Shown here piece by piece: positions 12,801 through 31,922 of a DNA stretch of 64,000 nucleotides (position 1 is its first letter; every line of letters starts with the position of its first letter). The position numbers and the translations under genes were made by a program. This stretch comes from Auanema rhodensis (lineage: Eukaryota; Animalia; Nematoda), in contig OZ059897.1 of NCBI GenBank assembly GCA_964057225.1, positions 8,680,001 to 8,744,000 on the forward strand, read 5' to 3'. The notes under the pieces were generated by a model, which did not search any database, was not told where the DNA came from, and was given only the letters and a program-made list of their open reading frames with translations.

Positions 12801-13209
12801 TAGACAATTTGAACTAATTTATTAAAATGAATTTTTAATATTATTAAGATAAAAAAAAGCCCGATATATGTCATATGAAAGAAAAATTTTTTGTAAATAA
12901 TTAATGGACATGTATAGGTAATCTAGTTTTTTTGTCTCAGCTCTCAACCTTTATACTTATACAGATGTGAAAAAAAATATATAATATACATATGTAATAT
13001 ATAAGTAAGACTAAGCGTCGAAATACGTCAATCTACGAATATCCGGTTTTTTTCGTCTTCTTCCTCATTTCAGTTCAAGTTTGGATTTTTTCATTTGGCG
13101 AAATAGGAAATGATAATGAGCGTATATAAGTTTAAATTTTCTACTAAATACTTATGCTTTACTACATTTGATATATATATACCTATATCTATCTATCTAT
13201 ATATATATA

Positions 13210-13240
<31 letters not shown>

Positions 13241-13284
13241 AAGGAGGAGAACAAGGAAAAGGTAAGTAATATATAAAGAGAGAT

Positions 13285-13330
<46 letters not shown>

Positions 13331-13719
13331 GCAGGTATATTTAGATAAAAGTTTTCCACAATTTAACTACATTATTGGGGCATATATGTATATGTATATA
13401 CATGTATGTATGCATATCTATATATATACAATCTACTACATAGTTAAGTTTCTTTATACTTTTTTTGTCTTCCCACCTAGTACTTTTCATTTACCACATT
13501 CTTTGTTCTAATTGAATTTTCATGAATGAGAAATATGTTCAATTTAAAATGAATAGATCGCTATAAAGAACTTCAACAACGTTCAATAGCTTAGGTTTCA
13601 TAGCTGATTTCTAATTTTTGATGATTTTGTTTTGAATTTATTAAAAGAAATCAATCACATTAGGTATTACTTTATTTAATATCAGTTTTAGTCTCCAATA
13701 CCTCTCACAATCTCTTTCT

Positions 13720-13762
<43 letters not shown>

Positions 13763-14378
13763 TCTCTTTATATATATATATATATATATTTCCCATTCTT
13801 CTAAGAACTATTCAACTTCCGCTTTGAATAGTAAATTTGATTTCCAAAAAAAATATTTAATGTTCTGAATTACAACCTCTTGTTCACCTGTGTTCAACAT
13901 GAACTGTCTTATCGTACAGTAGAAGTATATTTGATTTTCAGAAGCTAAAACCCATTTCTTAGCAATTTCATAAATCTGTCTTAAGTACTGATTTTTAAGA
14001 AATTAGCTATTACATATGAAATTCGTGCATAATGCTCTTTTTTTATTTTCGTTTTCTTTTTATTATTCGTGAAATTTTCTGAAAAATGTTGTTAATCTCT
14101 TTCAATTATGTTCCATATTACTCTTTTATTGTTCAAAAATTAATTTTTGAAACTGGAAACATTAGGTTTTATCTGTATTTAAAGAGGCAAATGATCTAAA
14201 GATGACGGAAGAGTTCAAACAATTCAGAAATAGAATACATGCAAGACTCGAAAGCATCAAAAAGAACAAAGTAAAAGATGTCTGAAATGACTTTCAAACA
14301 TATAAAAGTCGAGAGATGAAAGGGAGTAGTAAAAGCAGAAATACAGAGAGAGTAAAAGTAGCCGAGCTGCACCTATTA

Positions 14379-14396
14379 CCCCCCCCCCCCCCCCCC
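14379..14396 (+). repeat. Poly-C/poly-G homopolymer (C18)
   Basis: 18 consecutive C on the + strand. Confidence 0.9.
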
Positions 14397-15330
14397 ACTA
14401 CTTCTCTGCTCTCTTATCGCATGCTTCAAATAGAAGTTAATAGTAGTTTCGTCAACAGAAGAAGAAGATGATGATATGAAAGGATGTGGTGAGGTTCTAA
14501 AGATCTGAATCATCAACAGTTACTTTCAAATATGCATGAGAATAGAGGGTTTTCCTCCAATTTTGATCGTTGGGCCTTTAAAGAGATGTTTGCCTCACAT
14601 AGATATTCATATGTATGTATGTATGTTTATACAACAATCTATGTATTTTATAAAAAATATATAATTTATAAAACTTATTTATAATAATATTTTCTTTTTT
14701 TTCTTTCTATTTTATTTAATTTCAAACTTTAAAATGTTTTACTTCCGCAAAATGATGGTCATAAAAGCAACAAAGGTTAGAAAACGCTTTGAACAAAGCG
14801 TGATGCCTGTTAATCGCTTCAAATGACTTCCTCCATAAGTGATGTAAAGCATTTAATAAAATCTTTTTTTCCAACTTTAACACCTATGAACTTACTGTAA
14901 ATTTGTTCAGAAAAGTTTTAAACATGCTTATAAGAGTAAAGACTTTCAGCTCAAGCTTCAGCTATGTCTCTCTGTACTGTTTTTGATGCATTAAACACGT
15001 ACTTCTGTTCCATATTTATCTCAATTACTCTACGATCTCTTCCTCATTTTAACGAAATATTTCTTAATTCAAGCACTAAGTTGCCGACATTTCTTCTTTC
15101 AGTTTTAATAATTTTGACATTTTTCAATAATGGATTTCCGTTAGATTAAGCATGAGCACTTTCATTAAAATCTCTGAGAAAGAAGACGAAAGAATAAAAT
15201 GATTCTCAGTTCAAACCTTCAAACATTTATCATTCAAATAAATATACGTAAGTATATGAACAAGTTTGCAGATATCAGCATTTTCTTCCAGCATTTTTGC
15301 AATCTCTTCTTTTAAATTCATTCTTCTATA

Positions 15331-15362
<32 letters not shown>

Positions 15363-16615
15363 CCACCTACTCATCCTTAGTTCTATTTTCTATGCAAAGA
15401 GTCGTCATCTACCTGATTTATCTTTTTTCCAATTCGTCTTTCGCAAAATGAGGTTTGAACGAAAATTATGCAAAAAATTTACTCATTTTCATCCGTAATT
15501 CTCTGCAAAACTTGTTTATATTCTTATAAATTATAATATCATATTATAATTTATAAACTTATTCTTATTATTATCCAATATAATAGTATAATCATCTTAT
15601 TAAAAATTTATTTCCTTTACACTTCTTTTAACTATTTGGTTTAAGTGGCTGGAGCACAGCATCTGAACGTCGTTCTCCGCTTCCCCTCATGACAACAACC
15701 AAAATGACCTCAACTCTCTTGAACGCCATAAATTTCAGAATAATTTTACAAACAAAGCAACTCAGTCTCACTATCTTCTCATGCTCACTCTGCCTTCCTC
15801 TTTTTGTCTCTCTCAGTCTCTCTCTCTCTCTCTTTCTCTCGTCTCCCTTTCTGTTTATATTATACAGAAATGCTTAAAACTTTTTTATAGCTCATACTTA
15901 CTATATTACTGGAGTATAGGATTTTCACATATTCTGCTCTCATACTTCAATGTTTCTTCATTTTGTCGTAATCGTTCATTTGATTATACGTATAGTTAAG
16001 CTACATACGTGCAAGTTCACTTGAGCTATTTCACTAATTATTCATTTTTCATGGAATAAATCATATTAACTTCAATTCACATCTTCAATTATGAACCAAA
16101 TATCTTATTTGATTAATTAAATTATTCGATTTATGTTTTATTTTTACTGCTTTATATGATTTTATATAAACTAATGTGAACAAAGATCACAAAAAAATCG
16201 TCAAAGTCCATTAAAGATGTTCGAAAACATGAGCTAAAAAGCTCTCATGTTCATCATATTCAGGAAGAAAATCGGCCTTGAAAATGCGTTTTTCCTCTTT
16301 TTTTTTCTGCAAAAAAATGTATCCGATCAAGATGTACACATCAGATTTGGCGAGCTATGAACTTCACCTATCTATATCGGCTTCATATCACAAGACATGT
16401 CAAATTGCTAGGAATAATATTTTTTTTTTTTGATTTTCCACTTAAGAAGCAAAAATATATTCAGAAATTCTATCAGTATATTGAGATATAAGATACTTAA
16501 CATGATGGAATACTATTATGACAAGAATAATCTTTAGATATTCCTCTTTATCGACCATATTTCACCATATTATCTAACCATACCTTTTTATCTCATTATT
16601 TTTCTTTCATTCAGC

Positions 16616-16632
16616 CTCTCTCTCTCTCTTAC

Positions 16633-16663
<31 letters not shown>

Positions 16664-16677
16664 TCCCCTCTCTCTCT

Positions 16678-16722
<45 letters not shown>
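16616..16722 (+). repeat. Interrupted (TC)n microsatellite upstream of the synaptotagmin
   Basis: Several TC runs over about 105 bp. Confidence 0.9.
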
Positions 16723-16726
<4 letters not shown>

Positions 16727-17279
16727 GAATTCTCTTGATATGTATATGGCTTATGTAGCTCTCTCTTTCTCTTTTCCTCGTTTTGCGCTCTCTATTTCTT
16801 CTCTTTATACCTCTATAAGCAAAACTGTCTGGAAAAAAACAACTAAAAGACTTATTCTCTTGAAATTATTGAACAACAATCTTATGTATTTCTTATTGTA
16901 AGATATACATAGCATATGCTATACAAGCTTCTTCGTTGTCCAATCTCTCTTGACACTTCAATCTTGAAAAATCAGTTCTTTCCTGAACCTTACTACTACT
17001 TCTTGTTCATTTGGCTATTTATTTTGATTTTTAGTATGCCAGCTGAATAGCAACTAGCATTCAGTTTCTTGGTTACAAAGCATTTGTTGCTAAAAATTTG
17101 TTAAACTTCTGTGTGAAATATGAATGAAAAACTGAAAATCTCATCCTAAATCCAGTCTAAAACCATTCGTCTCTTATAATATATTCTTATTGATTTGTCT
17201 TAAAATTATTTTGAATTTACATCAAATCTTAATCAAATAATAATATTCTTTTAATTTTCAGAGGGGGAAAAAACCAAAT

Positions 17280-22536
<5,257 letters not shown>

Positions 22537-25298
22537 TAATGCATAAAGTAGAACATTGCTGGTTTAAGAGAAGAATATAGCACAAGAGTATCATGGCTGA
22601 TAACTACAACAACAACTTGCAAACAGCAGATCTCATAACGTTCGGCTATCAATTTCTGCATTTCATTCATTGTAATCTAATTTGATGGAAAAAAATAAAC
22701 ATGTTGTATACTTGATATGATATCATATTCCTAATTATATTAAATAATCAAAGACAAAACGTGTGTGTGTGTGTGTGTGGAGACAGGAGAGAGAAGAGAA
22801 GAGGCTGATGAGATGCGCTGAACAACGTATCGATGATAACATTGAAGTTCATTTTTGATTAATTAAATCAGAAGATCAATTGAACTTGTTAAAAACAATT
22901 TTTTCAAATTTAAATATATTTCTACTAATAGTTCATTCTTTGATATTTTTCTTTTTTTAAAAGAAATATATGGATGAAAACTATTTACATATACATAGGT
23001 CTGCACACTAGATATAACATGAAAATCATGAGGAAAAATGAATAAAGGACATTGTTCTAAGTCAAGTATGAAGAGGAAAATAAGGAAACTTCTCTTCATA
23101 GTTTTTCATAGACAAACAACTGAATTAGAACAATTTATACAGAGAAATACACATGTATATTGTACTTGAAAAGATATTACTAACCTGGAAAATAGTAGTT
23201 CTTGATTATCACATGCATAGATGAACTTTATTTGTTTTTAACTATATTAACTATACGATTAACTTTGTATAGTAATCCGCTATATATACATTTAAACGGA
23301 AATCACATTGTATTATCTTGCCAGACTGTAAGTTCAGATCATGATCTGTACGTATACTTTTACCTTCTTTTCCATCCTTCTTAACACCTCTTAATCTCCC
23401 ATCTTTCTCTCTCTCTCTCTCTCTATTTTTCTCTCTCTCTCTCATTTTATCTTTTTTTTAGATAAATGCTTCTTCCCGATTCTGCGAAGCATGACGCTAG
23501 AAAAAGGCTTTTGCACTAATTTTTGTGCATTCTTCAGATAAAACTATGACGAGATACACAAGAACATCGAGTCTTTTAATCTGAATTAATCGTCTTTAAA
23601 CTAGACGATTAACACATCAATATGTATGACGTTTACCTAATTAGTCATATATCGATAATATAATTCTGATGTTCCGTATATAAACTATAATAATTTTAGT
23701 AATTCTTTCATACCTATCATACCTTGTATCAGTAACCATTTTCTCAGCAATTTTTCATTGTCCATCAATTCATTTTTTATATTATACTTTACTTATCACA
23801 GACATCATGCTTCTCATATTCAGCTATTCCTTATAAAGTTTAAGTTACAACTTTTTTTTTAATATAAACGATTGGAAAGACAAATGAACGGACACAAGAT
23901 CATATTCTTTCGTTAATTTAATTTGTCTTACGCTCTTCTAGTAATCGTCCACGCCACCCTGACCACCCTAGACGTTCTCTCTCTATCACATTCTCGACAG
24001 GTTTTTCATTCTCTCTCAGATGATTTGGCTGAAGCATGAATAACTATTTCTTTCTTTTTTCAAAAAAAAAAAAACTTTTTGTACATCATATGAGACATCT
24101 TTTTCTTTTTGTATTTGTACAAATACAAAAACTTTTTAAATTTTTTTTCCATCAATCACCATTAGCATCCAGGTATTATCATTAGAATTTTTAATTTTTT
24201 CTTCTGCCTTCCTTAGGCAATCATTCATATTCTACTGTATTCACTACTACAGAGAGGTAATGGCTTGTTTTTCTAGTTTTCTTACTACTTACTTCTATCA
24301 ACTGTCAGTACGTTTTAGGATCGGTTGGTGAAAAAAAAATTTTTTTTTGAATGATCTGACGGTCCTTATTGACCTTCTAGTGTCTCATTTTTATTATGTG
24401 ACGTCGTTGACGTCTTCTTGTAGTAGTAGCATGGCTACTACTAATACTTCTTCTTCTTCAACTTCATTAATGGGTTGCCTTCTTCTCTTTCGTCTTCGCC
24501 TTCTTCGCCTTTTTCATCTACTTCTTCATAGTTGTCGTCGTTGTCTACTTCTTCATTTTCTCTTTTTTTTCGAAATTTTATTGAAGCTACGAACAAGGTT
24601 TGACTATCGCAGAAGGACAGCATGTAGTGTCGTTTCACACCATCTTACAACCTATCTTTCACTGTTTTATGATATTTCACAAATTTTTTTCGGTTATAAT
24701 CTAAAGAAATGAAAGAATGTTGTATGACGTTGATTAGAATGACTCATTAATATTTTGATCTTTTAACTATCTGAATAGATTCAAATTATCTGGTTTATTC
24801 CCCAAATTTCATGAGGTGGGTTTGCCTAATACCTATGATGAGCGTAAAAGATAATGAACGCTATTTGGCAAGAAAGCTAGCAATCGCTTATTTCTCTTTC
24901 TATCCCTTGTAGCTCGATCATCTTTCTTTCTCTCTCTCTGTCTTTCTCTCTCTCTGTCTCTCTCTCTCTCTGTCTCTCTCTCTCTTTTCACATACATATA
25001 TGTATATATATATAGAGTAGACAACCTAAATGATTCTTTAAATTATTGGATAGTTTGTGATTTTATTGAAAATTACAATACTCATTCTTCTAAGTAACTA
25101 CATACACATATACATAATTTTCGTTCAAGTTATACTATCTTCTATCATGATCTATTGAAAGCGTGACCAGAAGAAATCGTAGTATACATGAATATTCTGT
25201 GTCTTGATAGTTTCGTTTGTCGTCCTCTTCTTCAGATTTCCTGAATCTTCTTAACTTTCTTTAATTCTAATTCAAAGCATTCAGACAGTCTTCTAAAC

Positions 25299-26250
25299 AT
25301 GTTGGGAATGATGAATTCTCCTAGTGATGGTGTCGAGTTTTACTCGACAAATCCCAAAAATGGCCCACAGGTAAATCTTTTTCAATGTTTGTTTCTTCTC
25401 TAAACTTTATGTTTGAAGCTTAATGAAGAAGATAGAAAAGCATTCACAGAAATTAAAGATAAGGACATTGTCTCTTATACAGAAGGTAAATTGATTCATT
25501 CATTCCATTTAATAGAACTTTGAACATATTAGAAGAACATCTGAATACATTCGTTTCTTCGATCTTATCATAAATATTTGAACGTTAAAAACAATTTCTA
25601 CATAAAATCCTTTTTGTAGATGGTCGTCGTCTCATAAATGGAAAAACAGAAAAGATTGATCCTAACTCTTTATGGGGATCTACATTGCTTCGTGGACATG
25701 TTAAAGTGAATATCCTGGTTGAAAAGGATGACATTCACAAATCAACTGACGACAATTCTGATGAGAATGCTTCTGAAATTCCATCAACAGCAGCAGCTGC
25801 AGCAAAGAAAGGTAAGCATTTACGTAAATACATTCAAAAAAAAGTTTTTTATTTGATAAATGAACCTTCACCGTTATCATGAATAGACATTCATGATCAT
25901 AACTTATTCATTTCAAAAACAGATTCCATATGTTTAAAATTTCTTTTGGTTAACAAAAGTAGACAAGAAAGCGAAAATCATTCGAAAAATTATGAAAACC
26001 TGTTGATGATTGATAAATACTTCAATCTCTTCAGTTTACTAGATCATTTCATGTTTCTTTTTCTTCAATAATAAGCACGTAAACAATGAAACAAAACAGT
26101 AAACAGTTGTTTTTTCTTTCAGACATCATAGAGCTTGTTGAGCCACCTCTTTTGGCCCACGCTCATCCATCAGTCGACGAAGACGATAACACAACAGCTA
26201 CAGAATCTTCAGACAACATGTCTAAACGTACGTCAACGAATTCAAACTAA
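25299..26250 (+). CDS. Uncharacterised small hydrophilic protein (about 152 aa, 4 exons)
   Basis: Exons 25299-25370, 25419-25485, 25620-25811 and 26123-26250 have canonical splice sites with matching phases (0,1,1). Protein: MLGMMNSPSDGVEFYSTNPKNGPQ-LNEEDRKAFTEIKDKDIVSYTE-DGRRLINGKTEKIDPNSLWGSTLLRGHVKVNILVEKDD...-DIIELVEPPLLAHAHPSVDEDD...NSN*. Confidence 0.65.
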
Positions 26251-26753
26251 TATTCTAATTTGTACAGCATATATGTATATTTTATGTTTTTCTATTACTT
26301 TTTCTCATATTTAAAATAATCGTAAGTGATATATGAAGAATGAATTTTAAATTTTAAGAAATTATTTTAAAATAATCAGATCTTTAACATATATATATAA
26401 AAGAAATTAAAGAATACATATGACTAATGAATATAATAATTATTATATGATTTTCATATTAAATTAAAGAAAACATAAGTTTGTTTAAGCAGAAAAATAC
26501 AACCGTAATGACAGTAACATGAGGTATCAGGCACATATGAGTTTGTCTTCATTTCAATATTTTGGTTTGAAAACTTTTTAAAAGAATTTCTAATTCAAAT
26601 CTTTCGTAAAAGGAAAGAATTGAAGAAATTGGAGAATCAATGTTAATTCAAATATACATATATCTGTATATATATATATAACTAATATTCATAATATTAA
26701 AAATAATTTTAGAGCATAATCATGAATTAGGAGAAATAAACCCGTATCTGAAG

Positions 26754-27854
26754 TTAAGCCAGCAAATCTACGGCTTGTGAGAAAGACGTAGTTGAGGAAA
26801 CACTTGGTGACAAATCCACTAACATTTCTGAAACATAAAAAATAATAATACTAACATATATATATAATAACTAAAATTGATTTAATTTCATATTTTCTTT
26901 AGGGATTTGAATATTAATGTTGAACTTAAAATTTTTAAATTCTGAACTGACCGTCATATGAGGAAACATTGGCAATGTTTTCAGCCTCCAATACATCAGT
27001 AACTATTTTGATTGGAATCTTCAATAAATGTATAATATATAAATTATATTAGATTTTAGAAATACAATACCTTAAGTGTAGCTAAAACATAGTTATGTGC
27101 TCGTCCAAGAGCAATTTTCAAATAATAAGAAGTGGTCATCAATCCTTCTACATTCATCGATGGTGATAATGCTGGAACATTGAATGCTGGACAGAAGTTG
27201 AATGTTTCACCGATAGCAACTTTTGGATGTGAAGATGGTAATCCAACTCCTAAAAGTATTCATATTAAAGACAATATACACGTCATATAGTTAGCATAAT
27301 TTACACGTATACAAGTGCAACTTCATTATTGCATTAGTATTTTAGTGAATCGGTTGCATTTCATCTATTTTTGAGAATTTTTCCCTTTTTTTTACGTTTA
27401 TACAATATTTTAAATATTGATATTAAATTTGAAACAAATAATATTTATATATATATATATATTATGTGCAAAAAAAATTTTTTAAATATTTGATATGTTG
27501 GAATAAAGAAAAAAAACAAATATTCAATATTTGTAAGCATAAGTCATCAGGTTTTTTTTGCATTTTTATCATCCATATCAAGTAAATGTTTGTTCTTGAA
27601 TATTAAAATGTACCTGTTGTATCAATATAAACCATGTGAGTGTCAGTTATTTTTGAATTATCAATTAGATAACCATCGGCAGATATGCAACGCACAATAC
27701 TCATGTGAACATATTTCAATGATTGCTTCCATCTGAAATAAATCCATTCAAGAAATGAAAATATTTTTTTCTAAAACTCTGATGACTTCAATCAATTAGA
27801 GAAAGAGAGAAAGAGAGAAATTGAGAGAGAGAGAGAAATTGAGAGAGAGAGAAA

Positions 27855-27901
<47 letters not shown>

Positions 27902-28926
27902 GGAAGGGTAAAAGGGGAAATAATTAACGAAAAAACAATTTGAGATATGATTACAGACAAGAGATTGAAAAGAGAAATGCACCTGTTGGTAACAACTATA
28001 TGAGCAGAAATAGGATCAGCTGTCCGAAATATAGTACGATCCAAGGTGCATTCTAAGAATATTTCTCTATCTCTAAAGCAAATAAATTGAAAGACTTTGC
28101 TTTAACTTGATAATCTGAAAATATTTTTAAATATAAAAACATACTTTGGGAATCTATAAAGTTTTGAATGAACACTTTTCTGAATAATAGTATCTCGTCG
28201 AACACCGATCGGAGCTAACACTGTTAAACCATATTCGTGAGTCACATAGCTATCTTCCGTATAGAAACGAAACTACAAGAAGAAAGATAAATAGCTGTTG
28301 AATATCGAATAATGTGAATTTTCAATTAAATTACCTCAATCAAATAACGTATTTGTACTGGAGAATTGGGACAGTGAAATGATGTCACACAGTCATCGGG
28401 CAAATTAAAGTGAAAATTGAATGAAAATCGTCCCCGGAGCATTCGATTGGCATTCTAAAAGTATTAAATGGAAACAAATCAGATGAGAAAAGAACTATAT
28501 AGACTATTGATAAGACTGACCTGATTGTGATCCACTTGCATATCCAGCATTTTGTTAATTGTACTATGATGCCAGAGTTCTTGAACTTCATCTACATATA
28601 CTCTTCGATTATAATAATTATAATGTTCCTAAATTAGCAAAAAAAAACTTCCAAGAAATCGAAATTAATTGATTACTTTTGATGTGAAGTTAACTTCTCC
28701 ATCACCTATAAGTCGGGCAGAAATCTTGGTAATATTCAAAGGTTTGATGAAATTAATGGAGACAGTTCCCTAAATAGAAACAAAAACGATTTGATATCAT
28801 CTAAAAATAGTTTAAAAATTCTTTATAAAGATATCTGACCTTGATTGGATAGCCCGGAAGTTGTACAGGAAGTTCTGTTGAAACATCACAGTAGATCCAT
28901 TTCTCTTTGTCATTATTCAATTTCAT
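26754..28926 (-). CDS. Alpha-arrestin (arrestin-domain, arrd family) protein, about 10 exons
   Basis: Minus-strand exons read MKLNNDKEKWIYCDVSTELPVQLPGYPIK / GTVSINFIKPLNITKISARLIGDGEVNFTSK / EHYNYYNRRVYVDEVQELW... / GRFSFNFHFNLPDDCVTSFHCPNSPVQIRYLIE (arrestin_N F.F.LP...SF...IRY) / FRFYTEDSYV... / DREIFLECTLDRTIFRTADPISAHIVVTNR / WKQSLKYVHMSI... / FNVPALSPSMNVEGLMTTSYYLKI / IPIKIVT... / ...QAVDLLA*. Confidence 0.82.
27798..27898 (+). repeat. Compound (GA)n repeat with recurring GAGAGAAATT units inside an arrestin intron
   Basis: Three GAGAGAAATT junction units interspersed with and followed by GA runs. Confidence 0.85.
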
Positions 28927-31883
28927 TTTTGGATTTTCTTTATGAAAATGAAATACTTAAGAAAAACATTTTATTTATAACGAAAAAAAAAGATAAATAA
29001 GGTAAATACATTGTGATACGAATAAGAGTGAAAAGCATATTTAGGCAAATAATGAAAATAAAGTTCAATATATAGTTTAGTGTCTTATCGTCATGTGATA
29101 GGCTACATCAATGAAAGCTTTCAATATCTTAAAATGTACTAAACAAATAGAAAAAACATAAAAGTTTAATGATATCATGAATAAGATTCATAAAGTCATG
29201 TAACTGAATGAGAAAAATCATTATCATATATGAATGAATCAACAACGAATTGCAAATATAGATGAGACAGATAGTTTATGATCGACCAGACAACTTTAAA
29301 ATATTTCTGAATTGATCTTCTAGCATAAACAGAAAAGTTGGGATCCAACATACATATAAACGATGAGTAAGCTTAGGATAGTTTAGCGAATTATACTTAT
29401 TTTGATGGGACAAAAGAAATAGAGTACACATAGATTATAACGTCTAAAAAAGATGCTGCGGCTCGTTTTGAAGAGAAAAGGAAAAGCATAAACTATGTAA
29501 AAGAAAAACAGAGTAAAAAGCTAAAGAGAGAGTGAAAGGTAATAGTGAGGGAAAGGGAGAGAGAGAGAGAGAGAGAAAGAGTGAGAAAGAGAAAATGGTT
29601 TGCTAACTGGATGTCTGTCGAAGCATGGTAGGAGGGCCACGACTCGTGTAATCTAAGGACTGTTTGAAACTGGATTGGCGGTTCTTCAAAACGAAACAGA
29701 TGCATAGCTTGATGACGTAAGAAAAATGGATCAACCATAGATCAAAATACTGTTTCTATGAAAAAAAACAAAAAGATATAACCGACTTTTGTTCTCAAAA
29801 ACTCAGATACAGCTTAACCAGTAATATAGTATATTGAATAGAATGGGTGGTATAGGTGAAATTCTGCTAAACTATATGCTATATGATTACTAGGTAACAT
29901 ACTGGAACTATATGGTTGTGAGGATATTCAGCACACATCAATCATGTGTAGAAAAAGAAATATCATGAATAATATGAATTTCCGGAACAAACTAGTTGCG
30001 GGTTGATAGTGTATAGAACGGAGGTTAGTAGACTTAGTAAAGTTAAAACTAATAAAACATCAACGTGAAATACGTGAATGGTAATATAGTTAAATTTCTT
30101 TCATTTTAACGTTCAGTTTTTTCCAAATTTTAACGCAAAATCGGTTGACTTCGAACATTTTTTTCAAAAGCTGCATAAAACCGTTCAATTTCAGAATATT
30201 GAAAAAGGAATACAACCTATTTCGAACACGTGAGCGGTACTTTGGGATAAAACTTCAAACACTGGATATTGCGATGAAGAACAGACGCTTTACTAGTGAA
30301 TGAAGACATTAGGAAGATTGAGGTTCAATTTCGAAATTTCTCGATAATCCTAAAGTAAAGACGGAGGATCGAAAATGACTGTCGTCGTCTCATTGTGTAC
30401 GTGGGATTGGAGAACCGGCTTTTGGGGCGAAAAAAATATCTTTGTCATAAAATAAAATAAGAGAAGGTAGATGATTCTAAGTGCAAACTACTGACCAGCA
30501 GTTTTATGGGATTATGCGAATAATTTAGGATGGTGGGCGAATGTACAAAGGCTATAATGATAAGATAATTGGCATGATATTAGCAAGAAAAATCATTTAT
30601 TTTCTTGGTTATCAAACTTATTGGAGAAAGATTAGAATGGTAGACAAATGAGCGACCTGAGAAAATGGTTTTCCTAACAAGGTGAAACTCTTGCTAAACT
30701 CTGTATTTGATAAGAGAGCTTGTACCGTCAATATGATGTCGAAATACTTACTTTGTATTTAGATTGTTGTAATTGTTATTCGCGTTAGTTTGATCCTCAA
30801 CATAAGTGCTATTTGCATCAGAATAGTTAAAAATAGTTGGAATGGCCGAAATAAAAATTTGAATAATATAAAATGGACACAAAAGAAAATTGAACCTATC
30901 GAACATCATACATCAATTACTGAAATCAAACAAAAAATAAAAAAAAAGGTTATTACGAGAGAAAATAGTTTGAAAACCAATTATAAACAAGAAAAATGTC
31001 TTTATAAACTTCTTAACAACTTAAAAACAAATAGAAAGGCGGTAACATAGTACACATAAAATTATAAAAATCAAAGAAAAAGGGATAAATGTTGAAGTTA
31101 ACAATGTTCTGAAAGTGCAAAGATCAAAACAAAAAAATATTTTTTATGAGATTGTTAAAAGATAAAAAATGACGAATAAGGCTAGCTTCTACTCAATAGA
31201 ATAACATATCGAAGTGGAAACAATGACTGGTTTGAGTAGTCGCGTGCAACATTTCGAGCAAATAAATACATGACGAAGATATTTCTCTAGTTCAAGTGAC
31301 AATGTGAGAAATATGAATTCTAAAAATCTCTATATCATGCCTTATTTGATTAGCAGAGACAGTTCCTAGAAAATCAATGAAGACTGATGATGGTCATTGC
31401 TGTAATTGCGATGATTCTGGGTACCGAAAAAACAAGATATGTTATCAAAGAAGGCGGAGTAAATGACAAAATACTTAAGCTTCTTAAAAAATTATATTAA
31501 ACAGAAGTTCAGAGAATTAAATTAAATTCGTGGTGAATGAGCATCAATAAAAAGAAAAGAGAAGAAAAAAACAAATAAACAGCAATACAATAATATACCA
31601 AATTAAAAAAGATAATATGAAAATTCACAATTTATATTTGATATGTATAGACGATAATACAAGAAATTAATACGGACAATTGATTTTTATTACAATTTAT
31701 ATGAATAAACAGTGAATTGAGCTAAACGAATCCAATTTGTATAGTAGCTTTGCTTATCGACAATTTTTGAAAGCGGTGCAGATGAGTACGCAACACCGTT
31801 GCATTTGCGACTCAAATAGAAACTTTTTAAAAATTTCTTTTCTTTTTTTAAAGTTTTTACTCATTGTTAGTAAATTTTGTTTA

Positions 31884-31891
31884 TATTTCAG
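31884..31891 (+). promoter_or_regulatory. Probable SL trans-splice acceptor of btf-1
   Basis: TATTTCAG ends 31 nt upstream of the ATG, with no obvious partner donor. Similar acceptors sit just before the starts of eat-2 (6570), the synaptotagmin (17261), spon-1 (39288) and the desaturase (AG directly abutting the ATG). Confidence 0.5.
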
Positions 31892-31922
31892 CCTCTTTTA
31901 ACTGGAAAAGAGTGTATTTTGA

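Noticed and set aside
23466-23612. Three small inverted repeats (ATGCTTC/GAAGCAT, TGCAC/GTGCA, TTAATCGTCT/AGACGATTAA)
   Set aside because: Short stems with no recognisable ncRNA boxes or element ends.
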